DNA of 53,434 bases from the IMG/VR virus record IMGVR_UViG_3300024265_000032; one strand, written 5' to 3'. Below, one piece after another: positions 8,760 to 18,379 of the stretch. Position 1 is the stretch's first letter. The number at the start of each line of letters is the position of its first letter. The notes under the pieces are model-generated. The model saw only the letters and a program-made list of their open reading frames with translations. It was not told the origin of the DNA and searched no databases. The position numbers and the translations under genes are program-made. The stretch comes from a virus. Lineage: Duplodnaviria; Heunggongvirae; Uroviricota; Caudoviricetes.

Positions 8760-9950
8760 TTATTTCCCCTGTAGTCTTTCCCCGATACCATCACGGTTGA
8801 GGTAGTAGCCTCTGTCCCAGAACGGATAGAACTCAGGACAGAATCTTGTGATACTGCCGCCGATATCCTGCTGTAGTGTTACGATAACGAAACCGACATG
8901 AGCAGCCAGCTTTCTCTTGCGCATGAACCTAGTTTGGTCTTGCATACAACCAGCTTGGACGCAATGGACATTTCTAGGAAAGCAATACTCTGCTTTATGA
9001 TAGTGTCCGATGATACAAACTGCTGGCTTTTCTCCACCCTGGAATGATTCCACAAGCTTTTGGCTAGCATATGAATATGCGTATGAACTGCCACCACCCG
9101 CATGGATAACTTTGATCACAGCACTTCCCTTTGGTGCTTTGAGTTCAATGTCTGCTTCCATGTAACCCATGTAAACAAGATCGTCACGACCCTGTGATTG
9201 GGCTTCTAGCATCAGATATCTACCTATCTCTATGCCTTCTCGTTGCTGAAACCATCCTTCGTGATCGTCACCATCTACGAAATATGTTTTCATCCCTGGC
9301 TTGTGTGGCCAATGGTCGATCGCATATTGTACCTGATCGGCTATACCGTGTGCATACAATTCGTGCGTATTGAACCTGCATTCTCCGTCAATATAGTTGC
9401 CTGGACAGAAAACAGTTGTGATACCACGTTCTTCAAATGTGTCATATGCCGCCTGTAGAACATCCAATCTTTCGGACTTGCTACACATATGCATGTCTGC
9501 AACAATTCCGAATTCCACTGGCTTTTCGTGTAAATGATTTTCCATGATGATTTTGCCACTGGACAATTCAGCAGATTTGCCAACCTGAACCGTAGAACCT
9601 CGTCGCTGAATAATGTATCCACGTTCTTCCATGTCGCCAATAACAGCAAGTACTTCCTCTTCTGTCGAATGTAGTTGCTCTGCTATTTTTTTGGGTGTAA
9701 TAGCTTTCTTCATACGTCGCTGAATCTCTGATCGGAAAAGTGGATCGCTAGGGTCAATACCTACCTGTGGGATACCTGCCATCACCGTTTCTGTTTGTGT
9801 TATCAGCTTCCTGGCTTTCCAGACACTCACATTGAGAGATTCAGCAACAGCATCTCGAAGAGTTCCGATACCCCCTGCTCTGTTGTGTAGCCTAATCAGC
9901 TTGATAACGTCCTGCATTTGTTCAGTCAACCGGGGCTTTTCTTTCGCCAT
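8760..9950 (-). CDS. HTH + calcineurin-like metallophosphoesterase
   Basis: VADMH, GNYID, GDDH, IH.GG, GHYH motifs; N-terminal HTH-like repeats. Confidence 0.8.
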   Translation of the reverse strand: MAKEKPRLTEQMQDVIKLIRLHNRAGGIGTLRDAVAESLNVSVWKARKLITQTETVMAGIPQVGIDPSDPLFRSEIQRRMKKAITPKKIAEQLHSTEEEVLAVIGDMEERGYIIQRRGSTVQVGKSAELSSGKIIMENHLHEKPVEFGIVADMHMCSKSERLDVLQAAYDTFEERGITTVFCPGNYIDGECRFNTHELYAHGIADQVQYAIDHWPHKPGMKTYFVDGDDHEGWFQQREGIEIGRYLMLEAQSQGRDDLVYMGYMEADIELKAPKGSAVIKVIHAGGGSSYAYSYASQKLVESFQGGEKPAVCIIGHYHKAEYCFPRNVHCVQAGCMQDQTRFMRKRKLAAHVGFVIVTLQQDIGGSITRFCPEFYPFWDRGYYLNRDGIGERLQGK

Positions 9951-11735
9951 CTAACTACCACCTTTCGTAGTATCGCACACTCCACTTGGGCAATCATTCA
10001 CTGCCGCCTCTTCCGCCATTTGTTCCAAATATTCATTAGCTTCGGACAAGGGCAGTGGAATCAAAGGTGATTCGCCCTTACTCCCATCCTGGTACACCGT
10101 GATTCCCTTCAATTCGCCTATGTACTTCCTCATATCTCTCGACAACTGTTCGAAAGTATAGCCTTTCGGCAAATTGATTGTCTTAGAAATAGAATTATCT
10201 ATATGCTTTTGACAAACCGCTTGCATAGCAAGATGTGCTTCTGGTGAAATGTCATGAGCACCCTGAAAATGTTTTATAGACTTGCGTTTTGCCAAAAAGC
10301 TTTTCAACAATGGATGAACAACAACCTCCATGCTGCCAGTTTTAGAAACCTTATCATGAATATCTTTGTGTTCATTGAATCGTCTCTGATAAACAGGTTG
10401 AAACAACGGCTCTATACCAGAAGAACAACCAGCCACAATAGAAATTGTACCCGTTGGGGCAATCGTCAATAGGGCACAATTGCGAACACCATGTTCTTTG
10501 ATCAGTCTATGAAGTCTTCTTGTTAAGCATCTGCGAGCAAATCCAGTCTTGGTATGCTGATCAACATCAAATGCATGGAACGACCCCTTCTTAATAGCGA
10601 GAGATATGCTTGCGTGATAAGCCTGCTTTTTCACAAAATCCATCACCTTGTCGACAACGTTTCTAGCTGCTTGGCTAGAATATTTCAGATTAAGTTCCAA
10701 CAGCATGTCATGAAGTCCCATGACTCCCAAACCTATTCTACGAAACTTTTGACACGTCTCTTGGATTATGGGCATGGGATAATTGTTCTGGTCGAGTACG
10801 TTATCCAAAAACCTGACGCTCATCGCGACTGTTTCTTCGAGCAAATCCCAATCAATCTCTCCGTCTATTACGTGCGTATGGAGATTCACTGCCCCAAGAC
10901 AACAACAGTCGTATGGTGGCATCCAAATTTCACCACAGGGGTTAGTACTAACCAGTTCATGCCGATAGGATATCGTATTCATGACGTTCGCAAAACCTAT
11001 GTTCAACAATCCAGGGTCTCCATTCTTGAGGGCATTCTTAACGATTTTGTCCCAAATATCCTGAGCGGCTATTTTACCTCGTTCTTCACCTTGCCACTTG
11101 AAAACCACATCTTCTCCGTCGTCTAGTAGCTTCAAAAAGACATCATCTATCAGTACGGATATGTTGGCATTACTGAGTTCGTTGTTGTCTAGTTTCGCTT
11201 CTAAGAATTCCATCAAATCCGGGTGATCATATTTGAGACAAAACATGAGAGCCGATCTTCTGCCGCCGCCTTCTCTAAGTTCATTACAGACAGAGTTGAT
11301 TGCTCGCATGAGACTAACCGCGCCGGTAGCCTCACCCCCCGTACCACGGATAAGAGAACCTCTTGGACGTACTTTTGAAAAGTTGATTCCGACTCCACCA
11401 CCAGTACCAGAGATAATTGTAACTGCTCTGAGTGCATCTCCCCACCCCTCTCTAGAGTCTAAATCGTCTGTCCATACGAAACAATTCAACATCTGTCCCC
11501 TTCTGCGTCCTGCCCCTCTCCATATCCTTCCGCCAGGAGAAAAACGATTTGTCTGTAGGATATCTAGAAACCTAGCGCAATATTCATCTCTCTTGGTTCC
11601 CATTTCTGCGTCAGATATCGTCCTAGCAACTCGTTCGCACGCCTGTGTAAACGTTTCTTCAGCGTGAATAGCGTACCTATCACGAAAAATCTTCAGCGCA
11701 AATCCATGCGGTTCGTACTTCTGAACAACACTCAC
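9951..11735 (-). CDS. nrdJ: ribonucleotide reductase, probably class II (adenosylcobalamin-dependent)
   Basis: FSPGGRI, LNCFV, GGGVG.NFS..RP.G, TNPCGE catalytic loop, RRIGLGVMG, IAPTGTIS, SSGIEP, ISKTIN, C-terminal CPSGVC; no ATP cone and no nrdB nearby. Confidence 0.85.
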   Translation of the reverse strand: MSVVQKYEPHGFALKIFRDRYAIHAEETFTQACERVARTISDAEMGTKRDEYCARFLDILQTNRFSPGGRIWRGAGRRRGQMLNCFVWTDDLDSREGWGDALRAVTIISGTGGGVGINFSKVRPRGSLIRGTGGEATGAVSLMRAINSVCNELREGGGRRSALMFCLKYDHPDLMEFLEAKLDNNELSNANISVLIDDVFLKLLDDGEDVVFKWQGEERGKIAAQDIWDKIVKNALKNGDPGLLNIGFANVMNTISYRHELVSTNPCGEIWMPPYDCCCLGAVNLHTHVIDGEIDWDLLEETVAMSVRFLDNVLDQNNYPMPIIQETCQKFRRIGLGVMGLHDMLLELNLKYSSQAARNVVDKVMDFVKKQAYHASISLAIKKGSFHAFDVDQHTKTGFARRCLTRRLHRLIKEHGVRNCALLTIAPTGTISIVAGCSSGIEPLFQPVYQRRFNEHKDIHDKVSKTGSMEVVVHPLLKSFLAKRKSIKHFQGAHDISPEAHLAMQAVCQKHIDNSISKTINLPKGYTFEQLSRDMRKYIGELKGITVYQDGSKGESPLIPLPLSEANEYLEQMAEEAAVNDCPSGVCDTTKGGS

Positions 11736-12370
11736 TCTTCTTCGCCCCCTTTTATCTGTATGCCACCAATGACATCATTAGGTTCAAAATCCAATGGTTC
11801 AGAACTAGGTTGTCGTTCTAAATATGACACAACAGCCCTTCTGAATGGTTCTATCAGGTAATTTACATATCGTTGGTATCCACTATAAGAAGATGAATCA
11901 GCCATGCGCAACACAAACCAATTTTCAACATTGTCTTTTCCAACACTTGCCACAAACTTTCGAATGGTCTTGTCTTGTGTCACGTCTCTGATGTCAAACA
12001 TGTGGGTGGAGACGACACGGACTACACTATCTACTAAATCAGGGTTAGCTCCCCATTTTTCAAGTCTTGCTTTGGCTATTTCTGCCGACTTACCAGCGTG
12101 ACCAGGGAACTTCGAACGCGACGGATCATCCGTTGGGTCTATGTAGTACTTGCCCAGGTCATGGAATAGGCCAGACAGCAAAGTAGTGGGGTTTTTTACC
12201 GTCAGTGCGTCGAGTACTCGCATCGTGTGTTCCCATACAGATCGTCTGTCTCGTTGTTGTACTGAATGGCTATTCTCTAGCTCTGAAAAATATACGGTAG
12301 CGTCGTACCAATAGTCGCTTGGCTCGTTCACCGCCATCATACCGCGAATAATTTCCGTTACTTGATTCAA
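11732..12370 (-). CDS. HD-domain phosphohydrolase resembling the HD module of tRNA nucleotidyltransferases
   Basis: VWEHT, LFHDLGK, FPGHA..SAEIA, THM, LR.AD motifs; no polymerase head domain. Confidence 0.75.
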   Translation of the reverse strand: MNQVTEIIRGMMAVNEPSDYWYDATVYFSELENSHSVQQRDRRSVWEHTMRVLDALTVKNPTTLLSGLFHDLGKYYIDPTDDPSRSKFPGHAGKSAEIAKARLEKWGANPDLVDSVVRVVSTHMFDIRDVTQDKTIRKFVASVGKDNVENWFVLRMADSSSYSGYQRYVNYLIEPFRRAVVSYLERQPSSEPLDFEPNDVIGGIQIKGGEEE

Positions 12371-13131
12371 GGTAGTATTTCCGCATTTTCGTGTATCAGA
12401 TTCTTAACCGCCGATGTGGAGATGGCTTCGGCCAAGTGTGGTGCTACATGACCTTCCTCGATTAAACCAACACGGAATGGGATGCCTATTAGATAATAGT
12501 GATTGCCATATTCTTTGAACAAACCACCACCACTTGCGCCAGGGACAATCTGTGCCGTGTTGGCATAGATTATAACATCTACTTCTCCCATCAGTTCTGT
12601 ATGGATCAGAGATATAATACCGACTGTTGGTCCAGGAAAATCATCTTTCAGATTGCATCCTATAGCGAATACTTCGTCGAAAACACCTATTTTATCCAGC
12701 ATTTTTTGAGTTGCGAATTTTGCAACAGAAAGCACTTCTGAGGAACTGAAGGCCAACAACGATATGTCCACTTCTCTGTTTTCTACGATGACTGATGCTG
12801 GATATGATTCATAGCTATTCGCGGTGTGATCGAAAGTCCAGACTATGCATCCTTTGTCGACTTTTTTATTCGGCGACTTTGGGTAAATGACCCATCTACC
12901 TTTTGTGATGTGTTCGTTTGTCAACACGGAGTATCTGAAAACACCATTCATTTCGGTTGCGGTCTTGCCTATTATTGTCCCAGAGCCGTTCGTAGTTTCT
13001 GCCGAGACGAACACTGATGTGTAAAGCATCTCTCGACATTTCGTCTCACCATCAGATGCGTAGGAAGCTACTGAAACAAGACACAGCAACAAGATGCTAA
13101 CCAAGAAATTTGTTTTCGGCATAGGTAACAT
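12367..13131 (-). CDS. trypsin-like serine protease with signal peptide (copy 1)
   Basis: Triad motifs VLTNEH, DISLL, PGASGGGLF; hydrophobic N-terminus. Confidence 0.85.
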   Translation of the reverse strand: MLPMPKTNFLVSILLLCLVSVASYASDGETKCREMLYTSVFVSAETTNGSGTIIGKTATEMNGVFRYSVLTNEHITKGRWVIYPKSPNKKVDKGCIVWTFDHTANSYESYPASVIVENREVDISLLAFSSSEVLSVAKFATQKMLDKIGVFDEVFAIGCNLKDDFPGPTVGIISLIHTELMGEVDVIIYANTAQIVPGASGGGLFKEYGNHYYLIGIPFRVGLIEEGHVAPHLAEAISTSAVKNLIHENAEILP

Positions 13132-13134
13132 ATC

Positions 13135-13986
13135 TTACTCCTTGCTTACTCTGTTTTCTTCTAAGAAATTTTTTGCTGTAGATAGAGAAATTGCATTCGC
13201 TAAGTGTGGCATAATATGGTGATCCCGTGTTACTGCCGCTCGTAATATGATGCCTATAAGATAGTAATGTCCGTCATATTCCACGAAAAGCCCGCCGCCG
13301 CTTGAGCCAGAAGCGATTTGTGATGTTGTTCCATATAGCATCCATTTTACTTGTCTGGTGACTCCAGAAATAATATCAGATATGATACCAAATGTTGGCG
13401 TTGGACGCATTCCTAGTTGGCACCCTAATGCAAAAACGTTATCAAAAACTCTGATACTTTCTAGTATCTCATCCGTAGCTAATAAGGCGACTGTTATTGG
13501 GTCGTCTGTTTCAAAGGACAATATAGCCAAGTCTAAATAGGGATTTTCTGCAACAACTTTGACTACATATCTCTTTTGTTTCTGATTTTTGTGATCAAAT
13601 ACATCTATGCTGCATCCTGTGTCGATGGGTAATATGATTAGCTTTCCTGTCAAGAAATCAGCATCAGATGGAAACATCATTCTTGTCTGGGTTACGTGTT
13701 GGTTGGTCAATACTCTATATTCAAATAAGTTCTTTGTTCCTGTGTCGAGTTTTTCATATATAGTTCCAGAACCTAATGCTTGACGTGTTTCTACTCGGAC
13801 GATAGGGTCTCGCATTTCTCGTTGTTTTATTGCTATCTGATCAACTTTTTGGATTTCGTGTAAGTTACATTGTTTTTCTGGGACACTGGAAATTGCCGGT
13901 TTATTTTCTGCGGCGAGAAAGATAACTCCAACAAACAACATCAAGACCAAACAAATAGGGGTAATTCTACTCGGCAAAGAAACCAT
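13135..13986 (-). CDS. trypsin-like serine protease with signal/anchor (copy 2)
   Basis: VLTNQH, DLAIL, SGSSGGGLF; paralog of the adjacent gene. Confidence 0.85.
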   Translation of the reverse strand: MVSLPSRITPICLVLMLFVGVIFLAAENKPAISSVPEKQCNLHEIQKVDQIAIKQREMRDPIVRVETRQALGSGTIYEKLDTGTKNLFEYRVLTNQHVTQTRMMFPSDADFLTGKLIILPIDTGCSIDVFDHKNQKQKRYVVKVVAENPYLDLAILSFETDDPITVALLATDEILESIRVFDNVFALGCQLGMRPTPTFGIISDIISGVTRQVKWMLYGTTSQIASGSSGGGLFVEYDGHYYLIGIILRAAVTRDHHIMPHLANAISLSTAKNFLEENRVSKE

Positions 13987-14052
13987 TCATACCTCCAAAC
14001 TTCAAAAAAAAACGAGAGGGCGACCCAATCCGGATCGCCCCATCGAATTTTT

Positions 14053-14496
14053 TTACTTCGAGAATTCTTCGACTGCTTCAAGAGCGCCGTCTATTGCCGC
14101 AAAGATGATTCCGATAATGTCTTCTTGGTCTGCTGTGATATCAAGGTTGGCAGATGTCAAATACCTTTCTATCAGATTAATTATGGAGAAACCATAGACC
14201 TGATATTTCGTTGGCAAATCTCCGACAAGCATCTTAGCCCCATTGAAGTTGGGCTTGCCTGGGACGGCCAGCAAGTCTCGCAAAGCCACTAGATACCCCT
14301 TAATGACCCCAACATCTTCAGCCGACATATTTGCTTCGTGGAGCAGAAGCCTCGTGGCAATAATTGAGAACATCGCAACATCCTGCTTGAGTTGAGGGAC
14401 GTTGTCATTCCAATTGCCACCACCCGTAGTTGCACAGCCCGTGAGAGGGAGGGCCAATGCCACCAACAACATCAATACCGTAAACCATCGCTTCAT
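14053..14496 (-). CDS. predicted lipoprotein
   Basis: MKRWFTVLMLLVALALPLTG-C lipobox. Confidence 0.7.
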   Translation of the reverse strand: MKRWFTVLMLLVALALPLTGCATTGGGNWNDNVPQLKQDVAMFSIIATRLLLHEANMSAEDVGVIKGYLVALRDLLAVPGKPNFNGAKMLVGDLPTKYQVYGFSIINLIERYLTSANLDITADQEDIIGIIFAAIDGALEAVEEFSK

Positions 14497-14564
14497 TTTG
14501 TTCGCCTTTCAAATTTGGGAACAGAAGGTGAAACTACTAAGAGTTTATACACCTCAAAACACTA

Positions 14565-14885
14565 TTAAGACCTATCTCTGTCCATCTTTTTCTTACGACT
14601 TTGTTTCGCGTCTTTGTGCTCGGTAGATTCTTTTTGTTTACCGAATTTCCACCCCCTTTTGGGTCTCTTGGAACCCTTTCGACCAAGGTCTTTGCATTCG
14701 ACCTGATACAATTCACCACATTCTACTCGTCCTGAGTTGGAATTCGTGTGAGCTTCTCTGCACTTACCCTCACATATCTTTTGATGCCCACTACAACATG
14801 CGCACAAATCGAGACCAACAAATTTGATTAACCGTTCTGCTTTCTTCTGGCTGCTTTTCTCTTGTTTTCGACTTTTTCCTGCCAT
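14565..14885 (-). CDS. basic Cys-containing hypothetical protein
   Basis: 106 aa, RBS GAGGT, Cys cluster. Confidence 0.5.
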   Translation of the reverse strand: MAGKSRKQEKSSQKKAERLIKFVGLDLCACCSGHQKICEGKCREAHTNSNSGRVECGELYQVECKDLGRKGSKRPKRGWKFGKQKESTEHKDAKQSRKKKMDRDRS

Positions 14886-14896
14886 TGACTACCTCG

Positions 14897-15445
14897 CTAT
14901 ACCTTGCATTTGACCCTCATTTTTTCTAGTGCTTTGTTCTTAACCCTACATAGGGTTGATGGAGCAATTCCATTCTCACTAGATATTTGTCTCACAGTCT
15001 TATGGTTAAAAAACAGTTCCACGATAATACATCGTTCTTTTGCCGTAAGACACGAAAGACATTCCTCCACCATTATCCCAGTATCCATATTATATTCGCT
15101 GGTCAACGTGTCGCTCGTGTCCTCCAGAAACGATGTTTGTACCCTCCCGAACCTTTTTTCAACATCCCTCATGTGTCTAAAGGCACCCAGCAGTCTGTAA
15201 TGGAAAAATGTGATGAATGAACCAATATTCTGGTAACAAATCATACACTTCAACAATTCGACACGAGCCTGAGATAAGCATTCGTCCATCTGCGAGGGCT
15301 TTAGCCCGACCACCGAAGCCATTTTCTGAACCATTGGTTCGTATTGCTTGAGAGCTATCCTAAAATACGTATCTGTTATTCTTCGTTGCGGCACCATCAT
15401 TACATGAAACTCCTTGTCACAGCACGTTCTTTTTCTGCCGTCCAT
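14897..15445 (-). CDS. sigma-70-family (ECF-like) RNA polymerase sigma factor
   Basis: Region 2-like segment (DECLSQARVELLK...SFITF) and region 4 HTH (LTAKER.II.L.F...TVRQIS...GIAPSTL.RVK.KAL.KMR). Confidence 0.8.
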   Translation of the reverse strand: MDGRKRTCCDKEFHVMMVPQRRITDTYFRIALKQYEPMVQKMASVVGLKPSQMDECLSQARVELLKCMICYQNIGSFITFFHYRLLGAFRHMRDVEKRFGRVQTSFLEDTSDTLTSEYNMDTGIMVEECLSCLTAKERCIIVELFFNHKTVRQISSENGIAPSTLCRVKNKALEKMRVKCKV

Positions 15446-16053
15446 ATACCGTCGATGAGACCAATATTTACCGCCTGCTTAGGTTGCATCCATGTTGTTT
15501 CCGACATTATACCGGTAAGCTTCTTTTTGGTTATTCCCATCTTTCGAGCTAATACCGCTATCTTTTTGTCGTAATCTAATCGTGTATAATCAAACATCTT
15601 TTTGTGATGCTCTAGACAACTTGCTGGATCGTGTATTGTGACAGAATGCAACATCAAAGAAGAATTCGGTGTTGCATACCTATATCCCTTTGTACCGAAA
15701 GCAGCTATCATAGCTCCCATCGAATGTGCTGTCCCTCTGACGATAGTAACAACAGGTCCGGTACATGATAACATCTGATCTATGATTGCGTAACCAGCAT
15801 AAAGACTTCCACCTGGGCTGTTGATGTACATGTAGATTGGTTCGTTCATTATCGCAAATACTTGAAGACAGCTACAGATATTAGCAGAGGCTATATCGTC
15901 GATTTCACCAACAACTAAAATTCGACGAGTACGACGAAGGAAATCTTCAACCACAGCGTTGAGGCCCAACGGAAGATTCTGGTCTGGACACTGACATTCT
16001 TCTTCTTGAGGATCGATCGGTTCCTTTTTACCTTGCAGCATGTTCTTCTCCAA
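15400..16053 (-). CDS. clpP: ClpP-family protease subunit
   Basis: YINSPGG, HSMGA (Ser), MLH (His), GLID; the catalytic Asp position appears substituted. Confidence 0.85.
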   Translation of the reverse strand: MEKNMLQGKKEPIDPQEEECQCPDQNLPLGLNAVVEDFLRRTRRILVVGEIDDIASANICSCLQVFAIMNEPIYMYINSPGGSLYAGYAIIDQMLSCTGPVVTIVRGTAHSMGAMIAAFGTKGYRYATPNSSLMLHSVTIHDPASCLEHHKKMFDYTRLDYDKKIAVLARKMGITKKKLTGIMSETTWMQPKQAVNIGLIDGIWTAEKERAVTRSFM

Positions 16054-16909
16054 AAGGATGACAACGTTCGTGTAGACATTTCAATTTGTCTTGACTAACG
16101 CACAAGTACGACTGAGTTGTGGATAAATCTTGATGTCCAAGAAGAAATTGGATCAATTCTATGTCGACTCCGCGATCCATAAGGTCCGTAGCACAACTTC
16201 TACGAAGTAAATGGGGTGTGGTGTGTTTAACACCAGCAGTATTAGATGCTGCCCTTAACATATCCCCAACACTTCTTCGAGTAATTCTCGATCCATCAAG
16301 CTTGACGAAAACAGCATCAGTGTCCGAAACGCGATCAATATTGATGTAATCGCATATCGCCTTCATACATTTTTCGGTCGTTGGAACAATTCTTTCCACA
16401 CGACCTTTGCCCATGACAAGTATGTCTCTTCGACTTGTGTTTATATCTTTCAAATCAAGGTTGCACAATTCAGACACTCGCAGTCCACTCCGATACAAGA
16501 TCAATATAATAGCGATGTCGCGGCGAATGTTAACGGCTCTAGATGCTGGTAAACGCTTTTCCACAGCGGAAACAATAGCATCCACATCATCAGACTCAAT
16601 CGCATCAGGTGTTCTCCTGTCTATACGAATAGGATCGATCATCTTATGGATATTCTTATCAAGACGACCGATACCAACCATAAAATGACACAAACAACGG
16701 ACAGACATACACTTCCGACGCACGGTGGTAGCCTTCATTCCTTGTGACTGAAGACTTCGGATAAATGTATCGATCAATCGAGATGTCAACTGTTCGTCCC
16801 CGATAAAATCAAGAAATTCTTGTACATCTCTTTTGTACGCAGAAAGCGTCTCCGTGGACAGACCAAGCTCTGTGTTGACATATCTTTCGAAGTCGAGTAT
16901 TATGTTCAA
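16028..16909 (-). CDS. XerC/XerD-like tyrosine recombinase
   Basis: T..AY..D, YRSGLRVSE (R), GKG (K), PHLLRRS (H-x-x-R), LLGH, TTQSY (Y); TTG start with GGAAGG RBS. Confidence 0.9.
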   Translation of the reverse strand: MNIILDFERYVNTELGLSTETLSAYKRDVQEFLDFIGDEQLTSRLIDTFIRSLQSQGMKATTVRRKCMSVRCLCHFMVGIGRLDKNIHKMIDPIRIDRRTPDAIESDDVDAIVSAVEKRLPASRAVNIRRDIAIILILYRSGLRVSELCNLDLKDINTSRRDILVMGKGRVERIVPTTEKCMKAICDYINIDRVSDTDAVFVKLDGSRITRRSVGDMLRAASNTAGVKHTTPHLLRRSCATDLMDRGVDIELIQFLLGHQDLSTTQSYLCVSQDKLKCLHERCHPFGEEHAAR

Positions 16910-16929
16910 GATGTTGATCCTTCCTCTAC

Positions 16930-16955
16930 ATTATACGTCAGAAACAGGTCTTTGT
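16930..16955 (-). promoter_or_regulatory. bipartite promoter-like motif ACAA-N12-GACGTATAAT (copy 1)
   Basis: Intergenic, upstream of the recombinase; identical core and spacing at 30072 and 31544. Confidence 0.7.
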
Positions 16956-16976
16956 CCCACGAATTATCTTTTTTTA

Positions 16977-17834
16977 TTACACGCGACGATATTCGGAATT
17001 AACACCTTCCGTTTCGTCTTCCAGCCTTAAAACCTCCATCCCGTGAATCAAAAGTGGCGCTTTATCTTGCATGATACGGAATACTTTGACTGCCAATTTC
17101 CTTATCTCAACATCAGCGAATTTGCTCGCTCGCAACTCGATCAGATGACGAATAGCCCTTGCATTCAATGTGACGTATATCTTGGTTTCGGTAGCATTCG
17201 GAAGCACCGATCTGGCAGCTTGGCGAGCCATCTTACGACGCTCCAATCCACTTTCTACATCCGAATACATTTCAGACAATTTGCCGGTCAGTTTTTCGTA
17301 AAGCTGACGAGACTGTTCACAATGGCTGACCCACTCGCGGTAGCTATCTGGATCATTCTTAGCCAACTCTTGAATGGCAGGAGGTACAATAAAACACACG
17401 TTAGACGAATCGACGTACCGCTGAGACAACTGAGAGTAAGAGGCGATACGGTGACGTACCAACTCATGAGTCAGGCTTCGAGAAACATTCCACATGATAA
17501 AACTCATGTTACAATGCTCGATACACGCGCCATGCCCAACTTCAACGAGGTGCTTGATATGGTCTTCGTGACACCTACTCTTTATCGTCTCGCCCTCTTT
17601 GGCCCACGACATGTAACACAATCTAGCAGCCATCTCGACAAGCCATTCTCCATCGTCGTCCCCGAGTGATGTCATAGACGACAGTTTGTCTTCAAGTTCT
17701 GGCCAGACAAGACCGTGGTCCTCCAGGAACTTCATGACCCCACCAATTTCTATCACCGGCTTACCGACGAGTACGACTTCTGGTTCTGTTACAAATCCGT
17801 TCATTTCTGCTCCTTTTTTACAACTTTCCAACAC
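16977..17834 (-). CDS. thyX: FAD-dependent thymidylate synthase
   Basis: SRSLTHELVRHRIASYSQLSQRY, ARSVLPNATET, N.R...H.IELR, EIR. Confidence 0.95.
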   Translation of the reverse strand: MLESCKKGAEMNGFVTEPEVVLVGKPVIEIGGVMKFLEDHGLVWPELEDKLSSMTSLGDDDGEWLVEMAARLCYMSWAKEGETIKSRCHEDHIKHLVEVGHGACIEHCNMSFIMWNVSRSLTHELVRHRIASYSQLSQRYVDSSNVCFIVPPAIQELAKNDPDSYREWVSHCEQSRQLYEKLTGKLSEMYSDVESGLERRKMARQAARSVLPNATETKIYVTLNARAIRHLIELRASKFADVEIRKLAVKVFRIMQDKAPLLIHGMEVLRLEDETEGVNSEYRRV

Positions 17835-18379
17835 TGTTTATCCTTTCCCAAAACCAATTTCAATTGGTTGGTTTTCACAAAAGCATTCACGACTTCTCTT
17901 ACTTCCTGCCACTGGTAGTCGTGACCGCCCAAAGTTCCTCCGACCTTAATCTTTGGCCACCACGCATCTACATCCCGTCTTACGTCTTCTTTTGCATGAG
18001 AGGCATCTATGAAACAAAAATCTACCTCACCATCAACAAACAATTGCGATGACGCAGCGCTATCCAACTTGTGAATTTCTAGATAATCTAGAATATTCAT
18101 CGCCCTCATGTTATTTTCAAACACCTCTCGCATATTTCTCTTGCGTTGATTCCTTGTCGCTGGGTCTTTCGGGTCCGTTCCCCAAAAATTATCAATGACA
18201 CAATAGTTATTAACATTTTTCTTACAAACTGGAGCCATAGCCGCAGTAGACTTACCAGCATAACACCCTAGTTCCACAACGATTCCTTCGTGGATTCCTT
18301 CACATACAGCTACCACGAAATCTACATCATACTGAGAGAACCAACCTTCGATTTCTTGCCATCTCATTTTACTTACCAT
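17801..18379 (-). CDS. class I SAM-dependent methyltransferase (Methyltransf_24-like)
   Basis: VELGCYAGKST, FCFIDASH, D...WWPK.K.GG...GHDY. Confidence 0.85.
   Translation of the reverse strand: MVSKMRWQEIEGWFSQYDVDFVVAVCEGIHEGIVVELGCYAGKSTAAMAPVCKKNVNNYCVIDNFWGTDPKDPATRNQRKRNMREVFENNMRAMNILDYLEIHKLDSAASSQLFVDGEVDFCFIDASHAKEDVRRDVDAWWPKIKVGGTLGGHDYQWQEVREVVNAFVKTNQLKLVLGKDKQCWKVVKKEQK

Noticed and set aside
9951-11735. Intein or intron in RNR, RecA or ThyX
   Set aside because: Lengths are compact and motifs contiguous, with no C/S...HN-C/S/T splice junctions or LAGLIDADG blocks noticed.
16883-16910. dif-like site near the recombinase start (TTATGTTCAAG; also ATATGTTAAAG at 20338)
   Set aside because: Only the XerD arm partly matches (9/11). 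The XerC arm and palindromic symmetry are absent, and the first lies within the coding start.
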